A stretch of DNA of 64,000 nucleotides from Nemertoderma westbladi (lineage: Eukaryota; Animalia; Xenacoelomorpha): positions 1-64,000 of the forward strand of contig JAUCBJ010004629.1 in the NCBI GenBank assembly GCA_032718475.1, written 5' to 3'. The notes beneath the pieces were generated by a model, which saw nothing but the letters and a program-made list of their open reading frames with translations, did no database searches and was not told where the DNA came from. How positions within the stretch are numbered: position 1 is the first letter of the stretch; every line of letters starts with the position of its first letter. This document shows positions 14,901 through 24,477 of this stretch, in pieces. A program made the position numbers and the translations under genes.

Positions 14901-16645
14901 AGTAGTATAATGCTATATAATTCTTTCTAAGGCATAGGCTTTATACCTACATACAAATTTACAGCAATAGGCCTACTGCAAAATACTGCTCTATATACTA
15001 ATACCGGTACAACCTAAGAGAACAGCAGTAGAGAAACCGGTAGCATGGAGCCTAACGGTGGATTTCTGGCGGACATAAAAAGTAAAAAAAAAGGACATTA
15101 TGAGTGATTTAAACGGACAAGAACAATTATTGCGCTTAATAATGTAATAATTATCACCTGGCAGCACAATATTTATTTATTTGTACTTCCCTCCTGATTC
15201 ACGCTAATATACTTGAAAATGGCTGAAAATGACTAAAATGACTGGAAAAAATGGCTGAACTGGTTAGTGCTATATACTGAACTGATGAAGCCTGATGATA
15301 GGCCAAAGCGAGTGTATGGTTAAAAAATGTATGGTCGTGATTCCTCATTTTCCATTTCTAAACAAAATCCTAATAAAAAGATTCATTCTTGATTAAGTCA
15401 GTAATTAATTTTACGTAAATAATAATAATTATCTATATTCCTTATTAATTTGCTTTATATACCAGTTGAACACATCAACTGTCCACGGGTATCACTTGAA
15501 ACAGTACCAGTAACCTTCTCTATCATGCCCTGTCTTGGACTTTATATTCTCCTATCTACCATCTAGCATCTTTACGTTTGGTGATTGAATTGGTTTAGTC
15601 TTTTTTTTATTATATTTTTTTATTAACATAATCATGAATTATATATTGTTTTACTCTGTAGTTATTCCAACTTAACTAAAATTACTTAACATACTTAGTA
15701 TTAATAGCGAGTTGGTATAACTCTGGAGGATAATGCATCATTAATTCAATTTAAGGTGAAAGACGCGCCAGTTGAGAACGAGTACGAGATAGTCAACTAT
15801 GTCATGGCGAGATTCGGGTTCCTCGTTGCTGCGCTCAAAAAACTCCAACAAAAGATATCCCCTTATAAGGACATAACCCAGGCAGAGCGTGATCAGTATG
15901 TGAATGATTTTCCTGTAAAAGTCGAACAACTGCTAAATGTGTAAGTTGTTTATTAATTGATACATTTGTTAGTGGCTTTCTGTGTCATTATAGGCTTTCC
16001 GTTACATTTCTATAAATCTTAGGCTTTCATAACAAAGCGTGGGCTTTGTGAATAACCCCAGGATATCCATAGCTTTTTTCAAAAGCAAATTAAACTCAGT
16101 TTATTCAGTTTATTCATGTTTTTACAGTAAACACCCCCCCCCCCCCCCCCCCCACTCGATTCAGGGCACCTTGTTACCCCTTTATTCAATTGTTTCTAAC
16201 CCAACAATTTTTTTTTCGTACACCAACCCTACATTACTATGAGTAGCTGAAGTTGTTGTATTACTTACTGCGGGCAATATATTAGCTCCAATCAACTAAC
16301 TACACATAAAACCTCATTAATTTCAGACTTGGTTTAGATTTTAAGAACGTTGTGAATCACTTTAATCCTTTTGACACTAAAATTAATGAAATCCAGAAAT
16401 GAGTGTTTAATTTTAAACATCCGCAATATTGTTACAGGATTGAACGTATCTATGGAAACGAATTCAAGGAGTTCATACTCACCGTTCCATCCCCTGAGCA
16501 ACCCATCGATTCGCAATTCATTAAAGACAAACAATTACATGACGAACTTAACGATACTATTAGTGTTGAAAAAATCGACAAATTTGAGGGAGAAGAGAAA
16601 TTCCGTAGCCATATTCCGGAGGGAGAATTACGATATATAGACTAG
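2810..16645 (+). CDS. Polycystin-1-like (PKD1L2/PKDREJ-type) protein, 3' part. Exons 2810-2987, 9370-9576, 9721-9909, 10141-10347, 11338-11519, 12569-12758, 12934-13067, 15756-15940, 16438-16645
   Basis: All eight introns are GT-AG with matching phases. Spliced protein has polycystin channel motifs: LVGMPMIRQLRV, YGGGGF, WLDELTRAIFVEFTIYN..NL, LRFN..ISML..T, INLFVAILNDS, EYEIVNYV, FPVKVEQLLNVIERIY. Confidence 0.9.
3000..3215. repeat. Degenerate ~40-bp tandem repeat (ttagctatagtatgtaagggaag...), with a further copy at ~9230-9270
   Basis: Four to five imperfect units seen directly. Confidence 0.6.
3295..3568 (-). mobile_element. tRNA-derived SINE with CORE-like domain
   Basis: Minus strand: A-box-like gtgtcccagtgg, B-box ggtccgaatcc, gtgaccctcggcaagacgcttta (CORE-like), cccagcggtataatgggaacc, AT-rich tail. 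Confidence 0.7.
4560..4900. repeat. ~55-60-bp tandem repeat in the LINE inter-ORF region
   Basis: Recurring tcgacgtgttctgtctgtaattccattatt units. Confidence 0.6.
6062..6705. mobile_element. Solo LTR (644 bp) inserted in the LINE endonuclease
   Basis: TGTGACGG...CCGCTTACA ends; 5-bp TSD GACCA at 6057-6061 and 6706-6710; removal restores SLIDHIHTNISD. Confidence 0.85.
7216..7930 (-). mobile_element. LINE fragment (APE endonuclease)
   Basis: ORF 7163-7903: YIPPSDS, IGDLNS, NGHGEHLL..C, SEVDVCVV, SDHAPL. Confidence 0.85.
7931..9110 (-). mobile_element. RTE-like LINE fragment, decayed with internal deletion
   Basis: ASGVDGVPTEVFK; TDLDFADD in the DNA at ~8370-8395; DDFCYLGSWI, KAWAAL...IWKS, KIRIFRSVVPVLLY. 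Confidence 0.8.
9370..9576 (+). CDS. Polycystin-like exon (DLCLPIDK...LYTYG)
   Basis: ttcttag acceptor, gtgagt donor, phases 1/1. Confidence 0.85.
9721..9909 (+). CDS. Polycystin-like exon (GGFIY...WLDELTRAIFVEF...EFPPTSS)
   Basis: ctctag acceptor, gttatg donor; hallmark polycystin TOP-domain motif. Confidence 0.9.
10141..10347 (+). CDS. Polycystin-like exon (TM segments)
   Basis: tttcag acceptor, gtaagt donor; hydrophobic helices. Confidence 0.85.
10387..11011. mobile_element. piggyBac-type MITE (625 bp)
   Basis: TTAA at 10383-10386 and 11012-11015; TIR ccttttgcataccaa vs ccctttgcgtaccaa; internal ggcggca..tgcc repeats. Confidence 0.75.
11035..11200 (-). mobile_element. RTE 3'-end fragment
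   Basis: Similar by eye to the RTE 3' end at 36930-37080. Confidence 0.5.
11338..11519 (+). CDS. Polycystin-like exon
   Basis: ttccag acceptor, gtcagt donor; ...FFSTLRFLYILR. Confidence 0.85.
11610..12300 (+). mobile_element. Highly decayed Penelope-like RT remnant
   Basis: Fragments SLDVTN and TNWSYHNSAFKFSAF resemble PLE RT and thumb motifs; many stops. Confidence 0.3.
12569..12758 (+). CDS. Polycystin-like exon (FNTRISMLSRT...STLLG)
   Basis: ttattag acceptor, gtgagt donor; read manually, not in the ORF track. Confidence 0.85.
12934..13067 (+). CDS. Polycystin-like exon (last TM helix, INLFVAILNDS)
   Basis: ttatag acceptor, gtgagt donor. Confidence 0.9.
13595..13830. repeat. ~61-bp tandem repeat, about 3.5 copies
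   Basis: ttgatttctggactgtcag..cagttgatttca..atgcctgtgcca.aacattcaaaa units. Confidence 0.8.
13940..14480. repeat. ~68-bp minisatellite, 8 copies
   Basis: Unit gagggaaaggagcaggttacagaggcaggcttttctaaccaaaacaataaacgatcactttaccaatt. Confidence 0.9.
15756..15940 (+). CDS. Polycystin-like exon (cytoplasmic tail)
   Basis: ttaag acceptor, gtaagt donor; EYEIVNYVMARF...FPVKVEQLLN. Confidence 0.85.
16070..16231. mobile_element. Right-arm fragment of a TAGGGTTGGTG-terminated DNA transposon family
   Basis: Matches 24375-24477 (cactcgat.caggg..acc...caccaacccta). Confidence 0.6.
16438..16645 (+). CDS. Polycystin-like terminal coding exon (IERIYGNEF...LRYID*)
   Basis: gttacag acceptor; the phase-2 join gives QLLNVIERIY, like PKD1L tails; stop tag at 16643-16645. 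Confidence 0.75.
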
Positions 16646-16829
16646 GATTCGGCTGGGCTTATTTTCTGCAGTTATGACGAATTATAAATGAATATGATTA
16701 TCAGCAGTTATTGTTTTATTGTTGATACGTCGTGTAAATTTGTAAATAGGGATACTGCGGTAAATATGTACCAGTACGTATATTGTTATCTGTTATCAGC
16801 TTAATGTTTCTACTCCATTGATGAATTCA

Positions 16830-16835
16830 AATAAA
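16830..16835 (+). terminator. Candidate polyadenylation signal AATAAA for the polycystin-like gene
   Basis: First AATAAA, ~185 nt after the stop, followed by GT-rich sequence. Confidence 0.45.
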
Positions 16836-16949
16836 CACACGCTTATTGTTTGTACATTACCCCATTGAATGTTAAATTAACTTTAATTAATTGTTAAATT
16901 ATATGTTGGAGTGTCTTTAAACATTGTAGCTACGTTTTTATTATTATTA

Positions 16950-17330
16950 TTACCACTACTAGGCCTAGCGAGCTCGGACAGTGGAAGTGAGATCCTTCAT
17001 ACTTCCCGATTCTCCATAGTTATCGCAACTTCGTTTCTCTCAAGTCCATTACCCCTTTCAAGTTGGTCTATATATGTTATATCCGGTCGTCCACGATTTC
17101 CTTGTATTGGTTGCCAGAAAAGTAGATCTGGTATGACCTCGTCTTTACTTCGCCAGCAGTGCCCACTGAATCTTAATCTGCGTTCACGGAGGGTGGTTGA
17201 TACAGGTGGTATAGTACCATAGAGCTCGGCGTTTGTCATGTGTTGTCTCCAGCTGATGTTTAAGGCTACCCTTATAGTAGTAGTCTTGTGTAACAACCAT
17301 CAATTTATTGAGCTAGTGATTTCGGACTCA
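16950..17330 (-). mobile_element. RTE LINE 3' fragment
   Basis: LNISWRQHMTNAELYG...RERRLRFSGHCWR...LLFWQP..G.RGRP..TYIDQL. Confidence 0.85.
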
Positions 17331-18094
17331 TAATAACATAATATCCGAAGTGGCCGGTGTCTACATCTAGTCAATCACTCTTGACGAACATGGAGAACGA
17401 CGCCCTCTTTCACATTGAGTAACGCAACGATGACCACGACGACAACAACTATTTACCATTATTGACCCATCCCTAATTGTATTAGTTCGCTGACTTGCCA
17501 ACTTCGCGGCTCGCACCAAAACGGCATTTTCAGCGTGTCCTTTCATGGAAATTAATTATTTTCTACTATAAGATTTAAAAAATTGTACTTAAAATTATAC
17601 AATCCCCATACCCCAGTCCATTATATTTTTTTATAGTTCAAGTGATTTGCTTTAAGAAATATGTTTATTAAGTGGACCATTACCCCAAATCTATATTTTT
17701 TCATTTATAAAGTTACTATTCCGAAACCTTACTTAACACAATGATCTATGATCTTTGGGTGTGAAAACTGAGCATGGATAGCTTCGTTAACCAGTTTGTT
17801 AGAAAAATAGGGCACTTTTTGTGCAGGTCGGTTTTTTTTCAAAAATATTATAAATTTTAAGGCTTTTATATATAACGTATCTCATGTTTAAGGATCAGTA
17901 ATACCACCTGGGTTGAAGTTCTGGGTTCTGGGTCGACTTGCAAAGTGGACCTAGATATGTAGGCAATCTTCTATGAAAATTTCTGCACAAAATTATTGTT
18001 TTGGAAAAAAATTATGGGTTTTTAGTATGTTTGGTTTTTGGGAATCAAATAGTATAGCATATAGTGTAGTAAAATAGTAAATAGTGTACTGTAA

Positions 18095-19280
18095 TAGGGT
18101 TGGTGCCCTGAATCGAGTGGCGGGGGGTGTTTTTTGTAAAATAAAACGAGGAAACGGTCGAAATGGCGGGTTTAAGTGGTTATATTGAAAAATATAGAGA
18201 CATGCAAAATATCGAGAGTAAAAATAACGCGAGTAAAAATATCGAGTGTTGAAAAATAACGATAATATAGAGAGTTCAAAAAATATCGAGAGTAAAAATA
18301 TCGAGAGTAAAAATATCGAGTGTTGAAAAATATCGAGAGTAAAAATATGGAGTGTTGAAAAATATCGAGAGTAAAAATATCGAGTGTTGAAAAATATCGA
18401 GAGTAAAAATATCGAGTGTTGAAAAATATCGAGAGTAAAAATATCGAGAGTAAAAATATCGAGAGTAAAAATATCGAGTGTTGAAAAATATCGAGAGTTG
18501 TTTAAAAATGTGATATACAACTAAAAAATATAGAGCTATATATATAAATCTAGAACAGAAAAATATTTATCAATATTGATATATAGCTAGCTTCTATAAT
18601 ATTTATTAAATTAAAAAAATAGGAAAAACTAGCTAGTATAATAAATCTGGTAAATGGGTACCCGAGGTGTATTAATGCCATTTACTTGCACTTGCACTGT
18701 TGTAAACCATGCATTGCAATATTGTCCCATAATTCTAAATAAAATGCTCACGCTAAATGCAATATTTTTACTCTCGATATTTTTCAACACTCGATAATTT
18801 TACTCTCGATATTTTTACTCTCGATATTTTTCAACACACGATATTTTTACTCTCGATATTTTTCAACACTCGAATTTTTACTCTCGATATTTTTACTCTC
18901 GATATTTTTCAACACTCGATATTTTTCAACACTCGATATTTTTCAACACTCGATATTTTTACTCTCGATATTTTTCAACACTCGATATTTTTAACCATTC
19001 GATATTTTAAAACACTCAATATTTTTCAACACTCAATATTTTTCAACACTCGATATTTTTACTCTCGATATTTTTACTCTCGATATTTTTTAATCACGTT
19101 AATTTTCAACACTCGTTATTTTTACTCTCGTTATTTTTACTCTCAATATTTTTCAAGTCTCGATATTTTTCACCATTACCGTTTAAGTAAGCGCGGGAAG
19201 CCAATTTTGTAAATCCGTTGTGATTGGCTGCTAGATATTTGAGGTCATTACGTAGTGATCTTTTAATTTTTTAAAACCCC
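18095..19280. mobile_element. Left arm of the TAGGGTTGGTG family element, interrupted by a foldback insertion
   Basis: 18095-18177 plus 19189-19270 is colinear with 23520-23660 and inverted relative to 24290-24477. Confidence 0.65.
18178..19180. mobile_element. Foldback-type non-autonomous DNA transposon, copy 1 (Merlin-like)
   Basis: 8-bp TSD GTTTAAGT (18170-18177, 19181-19188); ends GGTTA.../...TTACC; arms built of 15/17-bp units gagagtaaaaatatc and gagtgttgaaaaatatc in inverted orientation. Confidence 0.85.
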
Positions 19281-20519
19281 ACCCTCCTACCAATAAATAT
19301 GTACACATATGTAAACTTTAATGTGCGGTAACTTTACTACCGGTACCATATGTTGCTGTTTATGATTGCGAATAGAATTCCTCAGTAACTATCTATTAAT
19401 GTAGTCGTTTATTATTCTTCACTCAATGGTCTACTCATCACTGTATTTACTTACATCTGCCTTGCCAATAATTTACCCTATATATGTTTATGGTGGTAAA
19501 GTTACTCCACAATATTATTTGCTGAGTTAATCTTTGAAATTCAATTTTAATATTACACATATGTATTACACATATACACATATGTATATTACAACAACAA
19601 ATATTACATACATATAAATATTATATATATTTATGGATTATCTGGCATCTGGAAGCACAGGACATTCGACATTCACCAAAGACATTCAACATTGACATGG
19701 TTACTTACTCAGTTTTCACCCATGATGAAATCATCAATGAGACAATGTTCAGATTAGGTACAACATGCCAACATTACCAGTGAAATACCCCAATTTGCCG
19801 AAATACCCCAATTTGCCAATTTGAAATTTTCAAATAATGTAATAATTTAAATCACTAGCTATTTAAATTAAATATGAACGAACACATTCATTAATGAACG
19901 TTTACTTTTCATTCAGTTTTGGGTCGATTGATTTGTATCAACAATACAGTACAGTACCTAAAATATGGACGATGTTTGACTTTTTATGAACTTTCACAAG
20001 ATTGCCATAATTAAAGCTATACCAATGACGATGTTGATAATTAAAATTATTTACAACAACAGCATTAACAACATTAATGACAATAAAACATAAAGTCATA
20101 CAATGGATAAAATTAATATTTTTTTTTTATTTAATGGGGGGGGGGGGGGGGGGGGGGGTCTAAACTCAAACAAAGGAAAAAATAAAGTAACCCTCTCAAG
20201 AGAAACATTTATACAGTACCTACAGTACAATACCGACAATATGTACAGTATATTAATTTTCCTTTGTACATTTTTTACTGTGAACATAGAGGTAAAAAAT
20301 TTAACTGCAAGTGCATAAACCACCCTAAAAACAAGTAATAATTATTTACATACTTGTGTGTAAAGTAGCACTTTACAGTGTGATGATCCGAGAGGCTTTG
20401 TTACACGAACGAACGTAACAAGTATGAATGTAGTTTTATTCCAAAATTTTCACATAACGAAATGATTGTACATATACATTATATATAAGTGATAGAAACT
20501 GCACAAATTATATTAGTTG

Positions 20520-23519
20520 ATAGATAGATAGATTTATTTATACATTATGTAAAAACAATACCAAATACACCAAACAATTGTCCAACATAACATATAGGAT
20601 TACCCCTAAAGCTTTGCAGCTTATTTCCAAGGGGGTCCTTTATGTTACTTGGTTACAAATACAATATTACACTACACTAACCTAAAACGAATATAAAACG
20701 TAATTACACTATGTACTGTACATGTACAACTTTACCGAGAGCGTGACAATGCCCGAGTCTACGATAAAGATGTAATGTACAGAACAATTTATTATAAAAC
20801 GTAATTACAGTATAAATAGTAAATAATTAATAAACTAATAACTTACTGTAGGACTATTGAACCTATTTTTACATTGCACACGTGGGTGAGATTTAACTGC
20901 AGATTTAAAATAATGCTGATTATCTAGGTTTTTAATTTCATTAGGCAGAGCGTTCCAATTTTTAATACCGTTAAAAAAGAAAGTATCAGATTCAAAGGAT
21001 TTACAATTCGGGAGGTAGAAGTTTGAAGCACTAGCTCTGGTACTGTAAGAGTGTGTATCGCGTACTCTGTTGAATTTTTGTTTTAGGCAATTGGGACATT
21101 TACCATTATACACTTTATGCACATGGTTAAGGCGTAGCTGCTTAACTCTACTATCTAAGTTAAGTAGTCCAGATTCAGAAAAGTCATCTGGAGTTAGGTG
21201 GTGCCTAGGTTTGTAGTCTTTAATAAATCGTACTACTTTATTCTGAGCTACTTGTAATTTACATTTAAGCTGTTGGTAATGGTGAAAAATATCGAGACTT
21301 GAAAAATATCGAGAGTAAAAATAGCGAGAGTAAAAATATCGAGAGTAAAAATAACGCGAGATGAAAAATATAGAAAATAACGAGTGTTGAAAAATATACA
21401 GTGTTGAAAAATATCGAGAGTAAAAATATCGAGAGCAAAAATATCGAGTGTTGAAAAATATCGAGAGTAAAAATATTGCATTTTGCTTGGACATTTTATT
21501 TATAATTATGGGACAATATTGCAGTGGATGGGTTACAACAGTGCAAGTGCAAATAAATGGCATTAATACATCTTGGGTACCCATTCCCCAGATTTATTAT
21601 ACTAGCTAGTTTTTGCTATTTTTTAAATAAATATTATAGAAGAAGTGCTAGCTATCAATTTTGATAACTATTTTTGTTCTAGAACACATATTTTAATTCT
21701 AGATTAAATTTTCAATCTTTTAAAATACTAGCTATATTAAAAAATTGAAAATGTAATCTAGAATTAAAATATGTATTATTAAAATATGTATTTTCTACTT
21801 CTTTTTATAAATGTTATAGAACACGTGTAAACTACCAATGTTGATAAATATTTTTTGTTCTAGAACACATTTTTTGGTTCTAGAATTTTAGATTTTTAGA
21901 AATATTTTCAGGAAAACAATTATCATACAACCCTTATTTAAAAAAATTGTTACTATCGATATTTTTACTCTCGATATTTTACACTCTATATTTTTCAACA
22001 CTCGATATTTTTACTATCGATATTTTTCAACACTCGATATTTTTCAACATTCAAAATTTTTTCTCTCGATATTTTTCAACACTCGATATTTTTACTCTCG
22101 ATATTTTTACTCTCGATATTTTTACTCTCGATATTTTTCAACACTCGATATTTTTACTCTCGATATTTTTCAACACTCGATATTTTTACTCTCGATATTT
22201 TTCAACACTCGATATTTTTACTCTCGATATTTTTCAATACTCGATATTTTTACTCTCGATATTTTTACTCTCGATATTTTTTAAACTCTCGATATTATCG
22301 TTATTTTTCAACACTCGATATTGTTCTTGCGTAATTTTTACTCTCGATATTTTTCATGTCTCGATATTTTTCAATATAACCAAGCTGTTTGGTTAAGCCT
22401 TCATACCAAGAAGAGCATGCATAGTCCATGTGATACTGTATTAAAGAAGAGCAAAGTAACTTGCGGGAGTCGGTGTTTAAACTATTTTATTTCTGTATAG
22501 AAACCTAAGCCTACTGTTAACTTTCGAGAAAATATTTTTCACTGTGCTTTCTCCTGATAAGCAGTTATCCAATGTGGCGCCTAAATATTTAACTTCCTTT
22601 TTATTTTCAATCTTATGCCCATTACTAGTGACTTCAAACTTAGTTACCTTCTTTAACTTTCTTTTGGAACCAAACAAAATACTTTCAGTCTTAACGTAGT
22701 GAATGGATAGCTTATTATCAACCAACCACTCATTACAGGATTCTAGAACAGCACTTAACTTTTGGGAAATATGGATAGGATCTTTATGAGAGAAAATAAG
22801 AGCACTGTCGTCGGCATATAAAATGAGTTTAAAATCGGGATCTATACTACTTATCATATCATTTACATAGCATACAAAAAGCAGAGGACCTAATATACTA
22901 CCTTGCGGTACACCACAGGTAATCTCTTGGACAGTAGACTGCGATTTGCTAATGACTACAGTTTGACCTCTGTCTGACAGGTAGGACTTGAACCAGTCTA
23001 TATAACCTACACCCATCAGGCCTAACTTACCAAGCAGAATTTCATGATCTACAGTATCGAAAGCCCTTTGTAGGTCCAACATTACCATACCAGTATATAA
23101 ACCCTTTGCGTTATTACATCTAATTGTATCAGTTAAGTTAATAAAGCAGGTGTCTGTAGAATATGATTTCCGAAAACCGGACTGAAGTTCATAGACCAGA
23201 TTTAGCCTACTAAAATGTGCCTCCAGCTGTAGAAAAACAGAACGTTCTAGAATTTTAGATACAATACTTAAGATTCTAACAGGTCTGTAATTACAGGGTT
23301 CTACTTTACTATTCTTTTTATACAGCGGAACAACCTTAGCTAATTTCAGTTCGTCTGGTACTACATTATCTACGATAGAGTAATTAATAATAAAAGTAAT
23401 AGGCACTTTAAGTACTTCAGCACCATCCTTAAGAAAACGGGCAGGTATTAGGTATAGACAGGTACTTTTTGACGCTGATAGGCTAAGTAGATTTTGAAAA
23501 ACGAAATCCTCAGAAACGA
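20520..23519 (-). mobile_element. L2/Crack-like LINE, 5'-truncated RT with 3' UTR and (TCTA)n tail
   Basis: ORF 22477-23406: [42 protein letters not shown]-terminus 20835-21274: HSYSTR...WNALP. aataaa-tctatcta tail at ~20520-20540. Confidence 0.9.
21275..22381. mobile_element. Foldback-type element, copy 2, inverted relative to copy 1 and inserted in the LINE
   Basis: 8-bp TSD AAGCTGTT (21267-21274, 22382-22389); same modular arms and same internal core as 18178-19180. Confidence 0.9.
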
Positions 23520-24477
23520 GGAGTGGCGAGGTGTGTTTTTTGTAAAAACTCGTGGAAACGGTCGAAATTGCGGGTTTAAGTAAGCCCGGGAAGCCAGGTT
23601 TGAAAATCGGCTGTGATTGGCTGCTACATATTTTACGTCATTACGCAGTGATCTGATAATTTTTTATCTTGGTTTCTTTGGAAAGAGATTTTTCAATCGA
23701 TTCAAATACACATTAAATCTCAATCATTTCACACGTGGCTTACATCAATTGAAAGCGGAGAGCCTTGCGCGTCTTTTGACCACTACTAAATTATTTTTGA
23801 CACACTATTAAATTCATAAAGAGGAAGATTGATAAAATGCTGTTTATAATTACAAACTCGCCAGATTGCTTGACCGGTATGTAAGCACTCAGCCTATTGC
23901 AGTATCTGATTATTGCAGATTTACTTCATTAAGTAGGGTTTAACGGTGACCGGTACACATTTTTAATATTCAAGTAGCCTACTGCCAAATATTACTGTAT
24001 TATATTACCGGCTGACCGGTATAACAAGTTTAGTGATATTTTAAATCTAATCTACCTTAATCAATTCAGATTGGAATGCAGTACCTGTATTGCTGCTGGA
24101 AATACAGCTGAATACATCTATTTATCAATGTTCCTCATCATTAATCTAATTAATTGTAATGTCAAAAGAAGCGCAAGACTCTCCGCTTTCAATTGATATA
24201 CACCACGTGTAAAATGAATGAGTTTTAATGTGTATTTGAATCGATTGAAAATCTCTTTCCATAGGTACCAAGATTAAAAATTATCAGATCACTTTGTAGT
24301 GGTGTCAAATCTGTAGCAGCCAATCACAGCAGATTTTCAAAATTGACTTTCCGTGCTTACTCTACAGCTTCCACGTTTTTTCCAAAAAACACACCCCGCC
24401 ACTCGATCCAGGCCGGCACCTTCTTACCCCTTATTCAGTTGTTTCTAGCCCAACAATTTTTTCGTGCACCAACCCTA
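23520..24477. mobile_element. Long-TIR MITE (TAGGGTTGGTG family, hAT-like terminus)
   Basis: 23520-23780 is inverted to 24160-24410; right end ...gcaccaacccta; left tip removed at the LINE junction. Confidence 0.7.

Noticed and set aside
16400-16402. UGA readthrough or selenocysteine in the polycystin tail
   Set aside because: Splicing to the acceptor at 16437 bypasses this stop and yields the conserved QLLNVIERIY; no SECIS evidence.
17993-22396. Repetitive ORFs (17993-18520, 18757-19212, 21248-21481, 21947-22396) as proteins
   Set aside because: They are translations of the foldback arm repeats.
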